Of a stretch of DNA of 61,474 bases, positions 38,508 through 47,577 are shown piece by piece. The notes under the pieces are model-generated. The model saw nothing but the letters and a program-made list of their open reading frames with translations, was not told where the DNA came from and did not search any database. The DNA comes from an uncultured virus (IMG/VR IMGVR_UViG_3300028595_000010). Its lineage: Duplodnaviria > Heunggongvirae > Uroviricota > Caudoviricetes. Numbering within the stretch: the first letter of the stretch is position 1; each line of letters begins with the position of its first letter. The translations under genes were made by a program, and so were the position numbers. The DNA is taken from the IMG/VR virus record IMGVR_UViG_3300028595_000010; one strand, 5' to 3'.

Positions 38508-38812
38508 AACTGTAAAGAGAAATAAAATCTATTATAGTTCTTCTTTTTATTTTCTCCTTTTTCCCAAAATGATACATCTAATCCTTCTCTTTTTGCCCAT
38601 TCTCTAATTAGAGTAACATATGGATTTTTGTGATGATCTCCTTGGATTACATCATCGTTGAATTCAATTACCGCTGATCCTCCTTTCTTTTTTACCTTCA
38701 CAGACAAATCATATTCTATCTTAGCAAAGATAGAGTTTAGTTTTTGAGGGTCTACTAATGAATAGATTAATTTATCATTCAATCTAGGAGTTTGAGGTAC
38801 CATTTTCTTCAA
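38504..38812 (-). CDS. hypothetical protein
   Basis: ORF in operon. Confidence 0.55.
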   Translation of the reverse strand: MKKMVPQTPRLNDKLIYSLVDPQKLNSIFAKIEYDLSVKVKKKGGSAVIEFNDDVIQGDHHKNPYVTLIREWAKREGLDVSFWEKGENKKKNYNRFYFSLQF

Positions 38813-39170
38813 TCCGTCCTTTTTCTAATAGGAAGTTATATCGTTGCACACATAGAGGGCATCTAGACAAAAGATCATTTCTAGCAGATGCTCTGTTAAT
38901 CTTTGTATTGATATCTATTTGACCTAAATATTGAATAGTTTGTAGATCAAAATCTAATGGGGTATGATGATTATACCCACGTCTGAGCATCTCCGCAACT
39001 AATGTGTCATGCCTCTCTAAGAGAGATAGGGGCTCCAATAAATTGTTATCTAGGTAGCCCCTCATGCTCAATTTTTTCTTCATAGATCCCCAAAACATAT
39101 GGTGTTCCACATGTTCACCCATAAGATGTTTACGGCACATAATTATAGGATTTATTTGCCATTGGCGCAC
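38784..39170 (-). CDS. pyrimidine-dimer DNA glycosylase / endonuclease V-like protein
   Basis: MRxW..P..MCRKHLMGEH.E.H...RHD.LV.EM.RRGY.H..PL. Confidence 0.7.
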   Translation of the reverse strand: MRQWQINPIIMCRKHLMGEHVEHHMFWGSMKKKLSMRGYLDNNLLEPLSLLERHDTLVAEMLRRGYNHHTPLDFDLQTIQYLGQIDINTKINRASARNDLLSRCPLCVQRYNFLLEKGRIEENGTSNS

Positions 39171-39694
39171 TTCTGAATTTCTCCTTGCATTTCTTCAGTC
39201 AATTGTTCAAGAATTTTATCTGCTTGTGCGAATGTAGATAATTCATCAACTGCCTTTCTTATTATATTCTCTAGTTCATTAACTCGTTTTTTATTGTGTG
39301 GACGAGCCATTCCTTTAAGTTCAATATATTTACCAAGCATCTCATTTATTGAGTGCTCTTCTCTTTGCTTAGATTCCTTCATGTATTTGAATAGAAAGAA
39401 TGTTAATAAGTCTGGAAGAACTTCCTCTTGAAAGTGTGCCTCCATATTATTAAATATTTTCTTTATGAATTTAACTTTTGTAATAGCATCACAATACCAA
39501 GTCTTTCCTAACTCGTATGCTATATCATCCAGGTCTATAGGAAGAGATACTCTAGAATAAGATACATTTTCCATACAATTTAAATCTGGAAAAGTCTGAG
39601 CCTTATCTCCAAATAATAACTCAGCTGCTTCTTTGTATGTCTCTGGAAATTTGGGATCTTCCACAAATTCCTCAAATAGTTCATCCTGATACAT
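39152..39694 (-). CDS. hypothetical protein
   Basis: AAGGAG RBS. Confidence 0.65.
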   Translation of the reverse strand: MYQDELFEEFVEDPKFPETYKEAAELLFGDKAQTFPDLNCMENVSYSRVSLPIDLDDIAYELGKTWYCDAITKVKFIKKIFNNMEAHFQEEVLPDLLTFFLFKYMKESKQREEHSINEMLGKYIELKGMARPHNKKRVNELENIIRKAVDELSTFAQADKILEQLTEEMQGEIQKCANGK

Positions 39695-39741
39695 AAAACT
39701 CCTTAAAAGGGAGTCAGCGTTTAAACTGACTCCCTTTTAAT

Positions 39742-40116
39742 TTATGCTTCTACCAGAGACCTAGTAATAGCCACAATGGGTCTTGCCGATCCACGATTTT
39801 TGCATACTTGCTCCCATCGTTCGTTGGCAATAGTGGTGGCTTTTTCAAACATATCTTCACGAGTTTGAAGGAACCACATTGCATTTTTGTCTCTCTTTTC
39901 CAGGTGTTTGGCATTACCTCTAGCCTTGATAGACCCAAGCCTCTTTTGATAATTGTCATTGGCAGAACAAACTGAAGAACCAAAATAGCATTGATTCCCA
40001 TCTTCGGTGACATAATAGCACACTGTTACTCCGCCGCAAGGATTGATAGAGCCATCTGGATTTTGTGTTCTAAAATGAATCATTTCTTCTTTCGTCATGA
40101 GTTTGTCTTCGGACAT
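39742..40116 (-). CDS. conserved-type phage protein
   Basis: GGVTV...G.SVCS..DNY.KR.G...A; AGGAG RBS; terminator at 39707-39738. Confidence 0.65.
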   Translation of the reverse strand: MSEDKLMTKEEMIHFRTQNPDGSINPCGGVTVCYYVTEDGNQCYFGSSVCSANDNYQKRLGSIKARGNAKHLEKRDKNAMWFLQTREDMFEKATTIANERWEQVCKNRGSARPIVAITRSLVEA

Positions 40117-40128
40117 GATATTTAGCTC

Positions 40129-40419
40129 CTATGCTAGTTTGAGCTGTGAAAATACATCAGTTGCACACATTGGTTGGATAGCAACTGCAGTAATAAAATT
40201 ACCTAAATCTTCATCAATGAATGCTTTACTTTTGTAATCTCGCAAAACGCATTTTAAGACGTTTTCGGGACACTTTAATACGACCATGGTTTTATGGTCA
40301 CGCACCCAATCAATAACCTCCTGGTCTGTTCCATACTGATGCATATACTCTGCAACAGCATGACACGCTTGTGGAATCCTTTGGGACTTAGTCAATTCCT
40401 CATTTACGAGGATGTACAT
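40129..40419 (-). CDS. peptidyl-tRNA hydrolase, Pth2-like
   Basis: MYILV...QACHA...KTMVVLK...DEDLGN..TAVA. Confidence 0.75.
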   Translation of the reverse strand: MYILVNEELTKSQRIPQACHAVAEYMHQYGTDQEVIDWVRDHKTMVVLKCPENVLKCVLRDYKSKAFIDEDLGNFITAVAIQPMCATDVFSQLKLA

Positions 40420-40484
40420 TCTTGTGCCTTAGGTGTAACCGGACATGTTTGTCTCCTTCTTGATAGTGGGGTTTGTATTTAGTT

Positions 40485-40772
40485 CTATTCTTTGCAATGA
40501 CCTCTTAGCCAGTAAGTGAAATCAACTTTCATTTCTTCTAGTTGAGATTTAATGAAATCAAATTCAGGATCTTTTTCTAGATGCTCGCATACTCCCTCAT
40601 ATTTATTAAGAACTGCGACCGATATATCTACAAAAGCATCTTGAACTATGGAAAGACCTGCTTCTGCAGAATCTGAATGATCTGCTGATAGTACGAAAGA
40701 AAATAATATTTTAGAATTTTCTACATCTTGAAATAATTGAATCTTGCGGTTATACAACAATTCATCGGCCAT
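40485..40772 (-). CDS. hypothetical protein
   Basis: GAGG RBS. Confidence 0.6.
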   Translation of the reverse strand: MADELLYNRKIQLFQDVENSKILFSFVLSADHSDSAEAGLSIVQDAFVDISVAVLNKYEGVCEHLEKDPEFDFIKSQLEEMKVDFTYWLRGHCKE

Positions 40773-41322
40773 TAATTACCTCAAATATTTCAACCTCAAT
40801 AGATTTGCCTATCTTTTGTTCATGTATTTTACGTTGCTTTTGTATTGTTACAAACATAGAATATGGTTTTCTATAAATGAAAGATGATAATTCTTGCCTG
40901 GCTTTGTATATTGTTTCAGTCAAATTTGATTTTTCAAATCTATTGTATGTTGCAATCCAAACATCGAAGTCATCAAAAAAGATTCCTGCTAAAGCCTTAC
41001 CGTTCTGTTTGCACCAATTTTCTTTTTCATTGATTAGATCCTTTAATTGCTCCATAGATCTAATGCTGCCTTGCCTTAAGGGCATAAATATTGTTACAAC
41101 TTTATCTGATTTAAAGAATTCTTGTAAATGCTTCATTTGCGAAGAATGAATATTGTATTCTGCGTACATAAACAACACTACATGATTAGAAGGAAGATTA
41201 TGTACAAATTTTTGCATTGTCCCAAGTAGAAAGTTGGTTTTCCCATCTCCAGCTAATGAACTAATGGTAAAAAATCCTCTCTGCTCCTGTGAAACAATAT
41301 CGACATTGGGTGTTTTATACAT
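40762..41322 (-). CDS. degenerate RecA/DnaB-like P-loop protein
   Basis: AGDGKT; IFFDD; TIQ; start reassigned to MYKTP (AAGGAG) to avoid the tRNA. Confidence 0.55.
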   Translation of the reverse strand: MYKTPNVDIVSQEQRGFFTISSLAGDGKTNFLLGTMQKFVHNLPSNHVVLFMYAEYNIHSSQMKHLQEFFKSDKVVTIFMPLRQGSIRSMEQLKDLINEKENWCKQNGKALAGIFFDDFDVWIATYNRFEKSNLTETIYKARQELSSFIYRKPYSMFVTIQKQRKIHEQKIGKSIEVEIFEVINGR

Positions 41323-41342
41323 AATAACTCCTTTGATACTTT

Positions 41343-41427
41343 TGGTGGGCCAACCTGGATTCGAACCAGGACGTCCTAAGGAACAAGATTTACAGTCTTG
41401 CGAGCCAGCCATTTGCTCAATTGACCC
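41343..41427 (-). tRNA. tRNA-Tyr (GTA)
   Basis: caaga-CT GTA AA-tcttg arm; TTCGAAT; long variable arm; CCA. Confidence 0.9.
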
Positions 41428-41465
41428 ACTATTTAAATTTTGTTCCCTAAGACAATTTTTGGTAT

Positions 41466-41873
41466 CTAAGCTGGAGATCTTCCCATCTGATAGTTGTCAT
41501 AACTCTTCCATGATTTTTTTGGATCAGTGAATGGGTCAAGCTTATTCATAGGATCTTTGATATATCTTTGCCTGTCCCATTTAGTCAAAACATCTTCCCC
41601 CTTAGCCGAGAGACCTGGTTTCTTTTGGCCTGTTGATGTAGTCTTCATTGTAGAGTATTTTCTCAACCTTGGTTCAGATCTCATAAGCTGCTTTTGAGCT
41701 TCCACATCGCCCATCCTAGCAGCCTGAATCCTCTCTCCCTTGCTTCCAGGTTTATTCTGAAAGGCTCGTCTTACTTTAACGGCAGCCTTTCTCATAAGAG
41801 TTGGTTTAATCAGCTCATCAACGTTTTCAATATTCTCAAATAGAATACTGAGAGGTATATTATATAGCGCCAT
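41466..41873 (-). CDS. basic IPxxILFE-leader protein
   Basis: MALYNIPLSILFENIENVDE. Confidence 0.8.
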   Translation of the reverse strand: MALYNIPLSILFENIENVDELIKPTLMRKAAVKVRRAFQNKPGSKGERIQAARMGDVEAQKQLMRSEPRLRKYSTMKTTSTGQKKPGLSAKGEDVLTKWDRQRYIKDPMNKLDPFTDPKKSWKSYDNYQMGRSPA

Positions 41874-42067
41874 TAATATTTTCCTGGTTGGTCCATTATA
41901 TCTCTTTGCATTTCTTCATCAAGGATAAGATCTTCCTCATTAGTGCAGCCTTCACATTGATCTGATTCAGATTCAATTTTTGGAGAATCGGTAGGTAATC
42001 CAAATGTTCCATGTGGGTAACTTCGTTCTTCAAAGAGAACTAGAGGGGGAATGTCATGAATTGCCAT
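41873..42067 (-). CDS. acidic IPxxILFE-leader protein
   Basis: Start reassigned to MAIHDIPPLVLFE. Confidence 0.75.
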   Translation of the reverse strand: MAIHDIPPLVLFEERSYPHGTFGLPTDSPKIESESDQCEGCTNEEDLILDEEMQRDIMDQPGKY

Positions 42068-42443
42068 CTGCTTTCTTACCTTTTTCGTATGCGCTGTTAC
42101 CAAAATCAGCTACAGCTTCATAATATTTGTAAGCTCTACGACGCCTAAGCCATCGCATCAAACCTTTATACCAAGCCTTGGATTTTGAATAGTAATTATC
42201 AATAATCCATAAAACATTTTCTAAGAATATTCTATCAGCTCGTCTTTTATCATCTTTGGTCTTTCCCTCATAATACATCCAATCATGGACGTTGCATGCT
42301 TCAGTAATGGAAAGGCCATAAATTGTATCTGGAATTAAATCAAACTTCCATCCGCCAGGTCCACATCCATTACAAACTTCTTTTTTAAGACCCTTTGAAG
42401 CATTAATGTAGCTTTTAGGTTTATAAATCTCGTTAGTCGACAT
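42054..42443 (-). CDS. phospholipase A2-like / DUF1353-like protein
   Basis: CNGCG...ACNVHDWMY...AD..FL.N. Confidence 0.65.
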   Translation of the reverse strand: MSTNEIYKPKSYINASKGLKKEVCNGCGPGGWKFDLIPDTIYGLSITEACNVHDWMYYEGKTKDDKRRADRIFLENVLWIIDNYYSKSKAWYKGLMRWLRRRRAYKYYEAVADFGNSAYEKGKKADGNS

Positions 42444-42791
42444 TTTCTGGATCTCCTACAAATGTATTAAACTGTAGGCAGCTACTAAGATACCTTATAA
42501 TTTAGCGGGAAATTCCAGTAATGATTTTTGATCGAGAAAGATATCAATTGAAACTTTGTTAGGGTGCAGTTTTCTATTAAGTATAACTTTTATAATAAGG
42601 CTTAACTTGGTCAGACTGCCTTCTCATTTATTTGTTCTCATTTCTGCCAACATTTTCTCCATTTTCATGATATTAGATTCCAAAGATGCAACTCTTTGAC
42701 CTCCAATATCAATCAGTTTTTGGAGAAGTTTCTTATCATGTTGTATTTTCTTTTCTAGTGCTTTCTCATCTAATTTTATAGGTTTCATTCT

Positions 42792-43307
42792 TTAATCCTC
42801 ATCTTTGCTACGTATCGTCACAGAGGGAGCACCATATCTTCCTGTTTCTGCATCCTCTGGCATCCATGTGATATCGCCAGCACTATTGTTTCTAGCATCG
42901 TAAGGAGTTGGTAGTTCAGCTTCAGCACTATATGTTTTAACGCCAAAATAGAATCTTCCAAATAAACTAATAAAGAATGAAGGAAGTCTTATTTTACTAT
43001 CCCATACGAACCAATAATTTCCTTTCCAAGGATTGGTTATGTCATACTTGTAATCTCTAACTTCTTGTCTTGGTATGTTGTCTGGATTCTTTTCATTTAA
43101 CTTTTCAACAAGTTTGTCTGGTAGTTTGTCCCAATTGTAATCTCTAATCTTGGTATCATCGGGCCACCGACTTTGAGGTCTCAACCATCTGACCATAAAT
43201 AAGTCTAATTTGAAATACTTTGGGAGAACACCTTTCTTATAACTTCCACAATAGAATCCATCTTCGTCCCATTGAATTGTTAGTCCTTTAGGTGGCTTGT
43301 ATCCCAT
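42792..43307 (-). CDS. hypothetical protein
   Basis: GGAG RBS; GAACAAA motif at 43359. Confidence 0.65.
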   Translation of the reverse strand: MGYKPPKGLTIQWDEDGFYCGSYKKGVLPKYFKLDLFMVRWLRPQSRWPDDTKIRDYNWDKLPDKLVEKLNEKNPDNIPRQEVRDYKYDITNPWKGNYWFVWDSKIRLPSFFISLFGRFYFGVKTYSAEAELPTPYDARNNSAGDITWMPEDAETGRYGAPSVTIRSKDED

Positions 43308-43416
43308 GATTCTTCTCCAATTCTGTCTTTTTATCCTACATTAACATTTATTAGATAATTTGTTCCCTTAATCAATAAATGGATTTATGTGAAACCAATA
43401 TTCAATTCCTTCATAT

Positions 43417-43644
43417 TCATCGTATAGCATTATTTCTAGGTCTTACTTCTAAATTGCTTGCATCACACCATCCAACAATCTTTGCTTTTATTCCATAACA
43501 GTTTGCAAGAAATCTATTTTTAGAAAACATCCAATTGGTGGATGGAGATATTCCTGCCTTGCTGCAATAATTATCAAAATTGAATCTGTGAGTGGGTAGT
43601 CTGTCAATGTTTTCTAAATCAGGATAAGATAGATTATCTTCCAT
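43417..43644 (-). CDS. hypothetical protein
   Basis: ORF adjacent to the next gene. Confidence 0.5.
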   Translation of the reverse strand: MEDNLSYPDLENIDRLPTHRFNFDNYCSKAGISPSTNWMFSKNRFLANCYGIKAKIVGWCDASNLEVRPRNNAIR

Positions 43645-43908
43645 TTATAGTATATCTCCTACTTTGCCGTAAGATTTAGATAATAATTCCTCTAGATCTT
43701 CAAACCAAAGATCTCCTGGTGCTACTGAATAACAAGTAAGCCATTTGTTATAGACTTTCTTGTGGTCAGCGACTCTGATTACACACCACTCGTCTTTTCG
43801 ATTGAGGTCCATGTAAATAGACCCTGTGGAGGCAATTCTTGTTTCTACGACTCTCCAGCCCATGCTTTCGGCTAAAGATTTCACTTCTTTTTGTATTTTG
43901 ATTAACAT
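43645..43908 (-). CDS. hypothetical protein
   Basis: Start reassigned to MLIKIQ (outside the tRNA-like RNA); TGSIY...IRVADH. Confidence 0.6.
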   Translation of the reverse strand: MLIKIQKEVKSLAESMGWRVVETRIASTGSIYMDLNRKDEWCVIRVADHKKVYNKWLTCYSVAPGDLWFEDLEELLSKSYGKVGDIL

Positions 43909-43914
43909 AGTTAG

Positions 43915-44026
43915 TGCTCTTGGCAGGATTCGAACCTGCAACTTTGTCGATATCCAGCCGAGACAAGTTCCTCATAGGCTGGTATCCCGGAACCTTCGGC
44001 GCGTCTGCCAATTCCGCCACAAGAGC
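43915..44026 (-). ncRNA. tRNA-Leu-derived RNA with non-canonical, expanded anticodon/variable region (112 nt)
   Basis: Acceptor GCTCTTG/CAAGAGC; Leu-type D arm; T arm GCAGG-TTCGAAT-CCTGC; no canonical anticodon arm; no CCA. Confidence 0.7.
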
Positions 44027-44038
44027 AATAATTTCTTT

Positions 44039-44083
44039 TGGTACACCCACTCGGATTCGAACCGAGGACCTACTGAGTGCAAC
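44039..44083 (-). pseudogene. 3' half of tRNA-Ala (TGC)
   Basis: T TGC AC loop, tcagt, T arm CTCGG-TTCGAAT-CCGAG, TGGGTGT-A-CCA; 5' half absent. Confidence 0.65.
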
Positions 44084-44559
44084 TATAAAGACTTCCTTAT
44101 AATGTTAGCTAAAGATAGCCACCATTTTTTAAACAAGACAGGATCTTTTTCGTACCACAAATTAGCAGTAATTATTATTCTGGGCAATCCTTCTTGTCCT
44201 ACATTATAACAACATGATAAATGTTTATGTTTATTTATTTTGGAGGACACTTCTTTTGCATAATTTTCATCTCTATTCATCAATCTGAAAATTACAAAAG
44301 TCAAATGTCTCTCAGAATCTCCTTGACATGAACTTCTTAATTCTATCTCTTTGATAGAATTTAAGTCATTTAGAGCTTTCATTGGAATATATTTATCAAT
44401 GCCTATTCCTCTATACATCATTTGAGGATGACTTGCTTCTCTTCCTGATATGGGAGGATTAGGCATCTTCTTATTAAGACAAAAATATGCAAACTCTGGA
44501 GCATTGAGTTTTTGTTTTTGCCTAAACAACTGCTCGCATAATAATTGATACTTTTTCAT
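44083..44559 (-). CDS. hypothetical protein abutting the half-tRNA
   Basis: Own GAACAAA motif at 44565; stop codon abuts the anticodon loop. Confidence 0.7.
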   Translation of the reverse strand: MKKYQLLCEQLFRQKQKLNAPEFAYFCLNKKMPNPPISGREASHPQMMYRGIGIDKYIPMKALNDLNSIKEIELRSSCQGDSERHLTFVIFRLMNRDENYAKEVSSKINKHKHLSCCYNVGQEGLPRIIITANLWYEKDPVLFKKWWLSLANIIRKSL

Positions 44560-44683
44560 ATTAGTTTGTTCTAACTATTAGAAAAACCAACTTTGGCAAC
44601 CAGCAACTATTACGTGATATCATGCTACAAGACCGGGCAAGCTCTCAAATCCTCTGATTGCATTTTTACATTTGTCATGTTTT

Positions 44684-44759
44684 TGGTGGATCGCCTCAGA
44701 ATCGAACTGAGATATCTCGGGCTTCAACCGAGAGCCTTGACCACATCGGCTAACGATCC
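44684..44759 (-). tRNA. tRNA-Phe (GAA)
   Basis: ctcgg-TT GAA GC-ccgag; CCA. Confidence 0.9.
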
Positions 44760-44777
44760 AAATCTGATTACAAGACT

Positions 44778-44854
44778 TGGCGGGATATACGGAACTCGAA
44801 TCCGTGACCTTCTCCGTGACAGGGAGACGTTCTAGCCAACTGAACTAATACCCC
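44778..44854 (-). tRNA. tRNA-Asp (GTC)
   Basis: tctcc-CT GTC AC-ggaga; CCA. Confidence 0.9.
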
Positions 44855-44891
44855 AATTTAAGCCTTTGTTCTCAGATTTTATTTTTGGTAT

Positions 44892-45230
44892 CTATTTTGC
44901 ATTCGGATCAAATGCGATTGGGCCACCAGCAGGTCTTCCTTGAGGATCCACAATTCGATTTGCTTCTTTAGCTTGTTCATTCATCTGAGTAACATATTGC
45001 ATCATATACTTTGTATGATTCTCAAAAGCATCTTCGAGAGTTACACCAGATGGAAATGGGAATTGTACTGGCATCTTTCTTTTAACACCAGGAGTCACTT
45101 CCTGTTCAAGTGCGCCGCCGCCTTGAACAACCTCGATATCTGTTGGATCTTTGACGTTTTCAAGTACTGTTACTTGCTGATCTTTCTCTTTACACACATA
45201 CTGCTTCACTTCACGGATTACTTGGTTCAC
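44892..45230 (-). CDS. hypothetical protein
   Basis: AAGGA RBS. Confidence 0.65.
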   Translation of the reverse strand: MNQVIREVKQYVCKEKDQQVTVLENVKDPTDIEVVQGGGALEQEVTPGVKRKMPVQFPFPSGVTLEDAFENHTKYMMQYVTQMNEQAKEANRIVDPQGRPAGGPIAFDPNAK

Positions 45231-45427
45231 GATTTTGTTTCCTTTTTCTTGTTTTCGAGTTGTTCAAATAAGAGTATTCTTATTTGTTCCGATAGATTTT
45301 TATGATGGAAGAGTTGGTTAGGACTCTCTTCATGAAACTTATCGATGAACTCTTGGTATTCTGGAGATTTCATAAGTTCCAGTAACCAAGTGCCATGCAT
45401 ACTAGGAATTTGAATCATTCCCTTCAT
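45227..45427 (-). CDS. hypothetical protein
   Basis: AAGGAG RBS. Confidence 0.6.
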   Translation of the reverse strand: MKGMIQIPSMHGTWLLELMKSPEYQEFIDKFHEESPNQLFHHKNLSEQIRILLFEQLENKKKETKS

Positions 45428-45459
45428 TGTTTGACTCCTTATTGGATATCTTGATCAAC

Positions 45460-45840
45460 TTATAACCAAGCTGCTTTGCTGCCATATCCAGCAACTCCTT
45501 CAAATCCTTCTCTTCCATTGCGGAAGAGTTGTACGTCCTTGCTAACATTTTTCCACGATGGCCCCAACAGCAACCAATGAAACATTGTCAGCATGATGCC
45601 ACTCAACAACTTGAGCAGCGTGTCCATGATAACTGTATTCTCCGCTTGCAGGGATGTTAACAGAGCGACCAAGTGATGCTTCATTAATGCTATAGCCAGA
45701 TTCTTACAAAAGTCAGGATCTGTTTCAATAGCATGTAAAGCATCATTACATATCACCACTGTCGTATTGTTTCCCATAATCTCTCCTTTTAAAGCGTTTA
45801 ACTCCATGACGATTTCCGTAGATTGGGTATTTACTTCCAT
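45460..45840 (-). CDS. hypothetical protein (start probably MGNNTT; 3' part may be frameshifted)
   Basis: AAGGAG RBS before MGNN. Confidence 0.45.
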   Translation of the reverse strand: MEVNTQSTEIVMELNALKGEIMGNNTTVVICNDALHAIETDPDFCKNLAIALMKHHLVALLTSLQAENTVIMDTLLKLLSGIMLTMFHWLLLGPSWKNVSKDVQLFRNGREGFEGVAGYGSKAAWL

Positions 45841-45929
45841 CGCCCACTAACTAAAACACCAAACCTTTCTTTTAGGCTGTTGCCTTTTGTGACGATTCGG
45901 CTTTCCAAATTTCATACTTCCTTAGGATT

Positions 45930-46005
45930 TGGCTCCTCAGACAGGACTCGAACCTATGACAGGGTGATTAACAGCCACCTGCTCTACCAACTGAGCTACT
46001 GAGGA
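45930..46005 (-). tRNA. tRNA-Asn (GTT)
   Basis: ggtgg-CT GTT AA-tcacc; CCA. Confidence 0.92.
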
Positions 46006-46013
46006 ACGACAAA

Positions 46014-46514
46014 TTATTTTTCTTGAAGTTCTTTTTTCTTCTCTTCAAATCTCATTTTTGCTATCTGGTCATGTAGGCTGTTTGTAACTACATGAATTTG
46101 ATATTCTGAGCTAAGATCTGAAAACCATTCTCCCCATTCATTTAGTTCCCTTTTGGGAATTTTCACTTCTGTATTTATATTTTCCCTTTTTAGAGCAGCT
46201 TTTATAAAGGCGATGTGGATGAATTTGTCTTCCGCCACAAACTCTTGTCGATGGTCGGTAATGACAACTTCCCATGTTTCTTTCTTCTTCCAGTGGAATG
46301 TAATATCCACTCTTGCCTTTTTGAGATTTTTGAACATTGTGCGCAAGTGTAATGGATGCTTGGAGAATTGAGGAATCTCTTCCTCGCTATATGAATTATA
46401 TCTTCCCCATTCATTTTTTCCGTGCCAATGTTTAGATTCCTTAGAATAGCATAACACATTCTCAAGAATTAAAATATCTAACTCTTTGAAGGTTGTTGCT
46501 ATTACGTCATTCAT
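46014..46514 (-). CDS. hypothetical protein
   Basis: Start reassigned to MNDVIA (AAGGAG RBS). Confidence 0.6.
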   Translation of the reverse strand: MNDVIATTFKELDILILENVLCYSKESKHWHGKNEWGRYNSYSEEEIPQFSKHPLHLRTMFKNLKKARVDITFHWKKKETWEVVITDHRQEFVAEDKFIHIAFIKAALKRENINTEVKIPKRELNEWGEWFSDLSSEYQIHVVTNSLHDQIAKMRFEEKKKELQEK

Positions 46515-46554
46515 ATACTTACTCCTTTTTGTATTTGTTCCAATATACGTATGT

Positions 46555-47307
46555 TTACTTCCTTTCATTGCTAAAGAATGATGATGAAATAAGATGATCA
46601 ATTGTTGGTTCTGATTCAATTTTTCCCATTTTACAATCGAACACAACAGTTCGTATATAGCCTTCCAGATTCGATGGAAGACCATGAAATTCCGTTCCTT
46701 CTTGGTATTTCTTAAAGTCAACATGATAGTGTCCAAAGAACCAATAACGAGGATCAAGTTTGTCCTTAATAATGTCTAACCGCTCTCTAGTAGGAATTGC
46801 TAGTAGATGATTATTTGATACTACATTAACAGAGAAAGGGCAATCATGACTGAATATAATATCCATGGGAACAAATTCCTTATGGATTAAACATTTATCA
46901 ACATCATAATTACTAATCTCTTCTTCATGATACCATGAATGACCTTCAATGCGATGAGGTCTATCGATTGAAAATGCGCCACCAATAGCAACACAATCCA
47001 TATTGCCAATTTTTAGATAAGTTCCCCTTGATATATGATAAACATTAGGAACTATTTCTGTATATTCTTCATTTTGATTCAATTTTGGATGCTCTTCGTG
47101 ATTTCCATCTATAAAATAGATAGGCATATATGGAGATGCTTTTGGAAAGTTTGCATTATGAGTAGGCCAATATCCAAAATCTCCAAGTTGAAAGATAGCA
47201 TCACAAATGTGATCTCTTGCTGTCTTTATAACTTTCTTTAAGAATGTTGCATCAGCATGAACATCTGCAACAATCAATATTCTTTCATAATTACTTAGAT
47301 CAATCAT
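46555..47307 (-). CDS. calcineurin-like metallophosphoesterase
   Basis: ADVH, GDFG, DGNHE, SHDCP, FGHYH; start MIDLS. Confidence 0.85.
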   Translation of the reverse strand: MIDLSNYERILIVADVHADATFLKKVIKTARDHICDAIFQLGDFGYWPTHNANFPKASPYMPIYFIDGNHEEHPKLNQNEEYTEIVPNVYHISRGTYLKIGNMDCVAIGGAFSIDRPHRIEGHSWYHEEEISNYDVDKCLIHKEFVPMDIIFSHDCPFSVNVVSNNHLLAIPTRERLDIIKDKLDPRYWFFGHYHVDFKKYQEGTEFHGLPSNLEGYIRTVVFDCKMGKIESEPTIDHLISSSFFSNERK

Positions 47308-47453
47308 TGCCAAAGTCCATTCTTTAAAATATCCCAAAGGAATATTAAAGCAATAATTCCAATAATTCCAATAAATACAAGAATTGGAATAATGACTCCG
47401 GCGCCGATGATTCCTAATGTCCACAACAACCATACTGGGATTTCAATAGTCAT
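47304..47453 (-). CDS. 49-aa hydrophobic membrane protein (absent from the track)
   Basis: MTIEIPVWLLWTLGIIGAGVIIPILVFIGIIG...; AAGGAG RBS. Confidence 0.65.
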   Translation of the reverse strand: MTIEIPVWLLWTLGIIGAGVIIPILVFIGIIGIIALIFLWDILKNGLWQ

Positions 47454-47469
47454 AATTAACTCCTTCGTC

Positions 47470-47555
47470 TGGTGCACTTGGAGAGACTCGAACTCTCATG
47501 AGCTAAGCTCACATGGCCCTCAACCATGCGCGTCTGCCAGTTCCGCCACAAGTGC
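47470..47555 (-). tRNA. tRNA-Leu (GAG)
   Basis: catgg-TT GAG GG-ccatg; variable arm; CCA. Confidence 0.92.
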
Positions 47556-47577
47556 ATTTGACGTTTGTTCTTAAAAA

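Noticed and set aside
43766..44835. Track ORFs 43766..44050, 43826..44209, 43914..44102 and 44593..44835
   Set aside because: They overlap tRNA or tRNA-like genes and lack RBS support.
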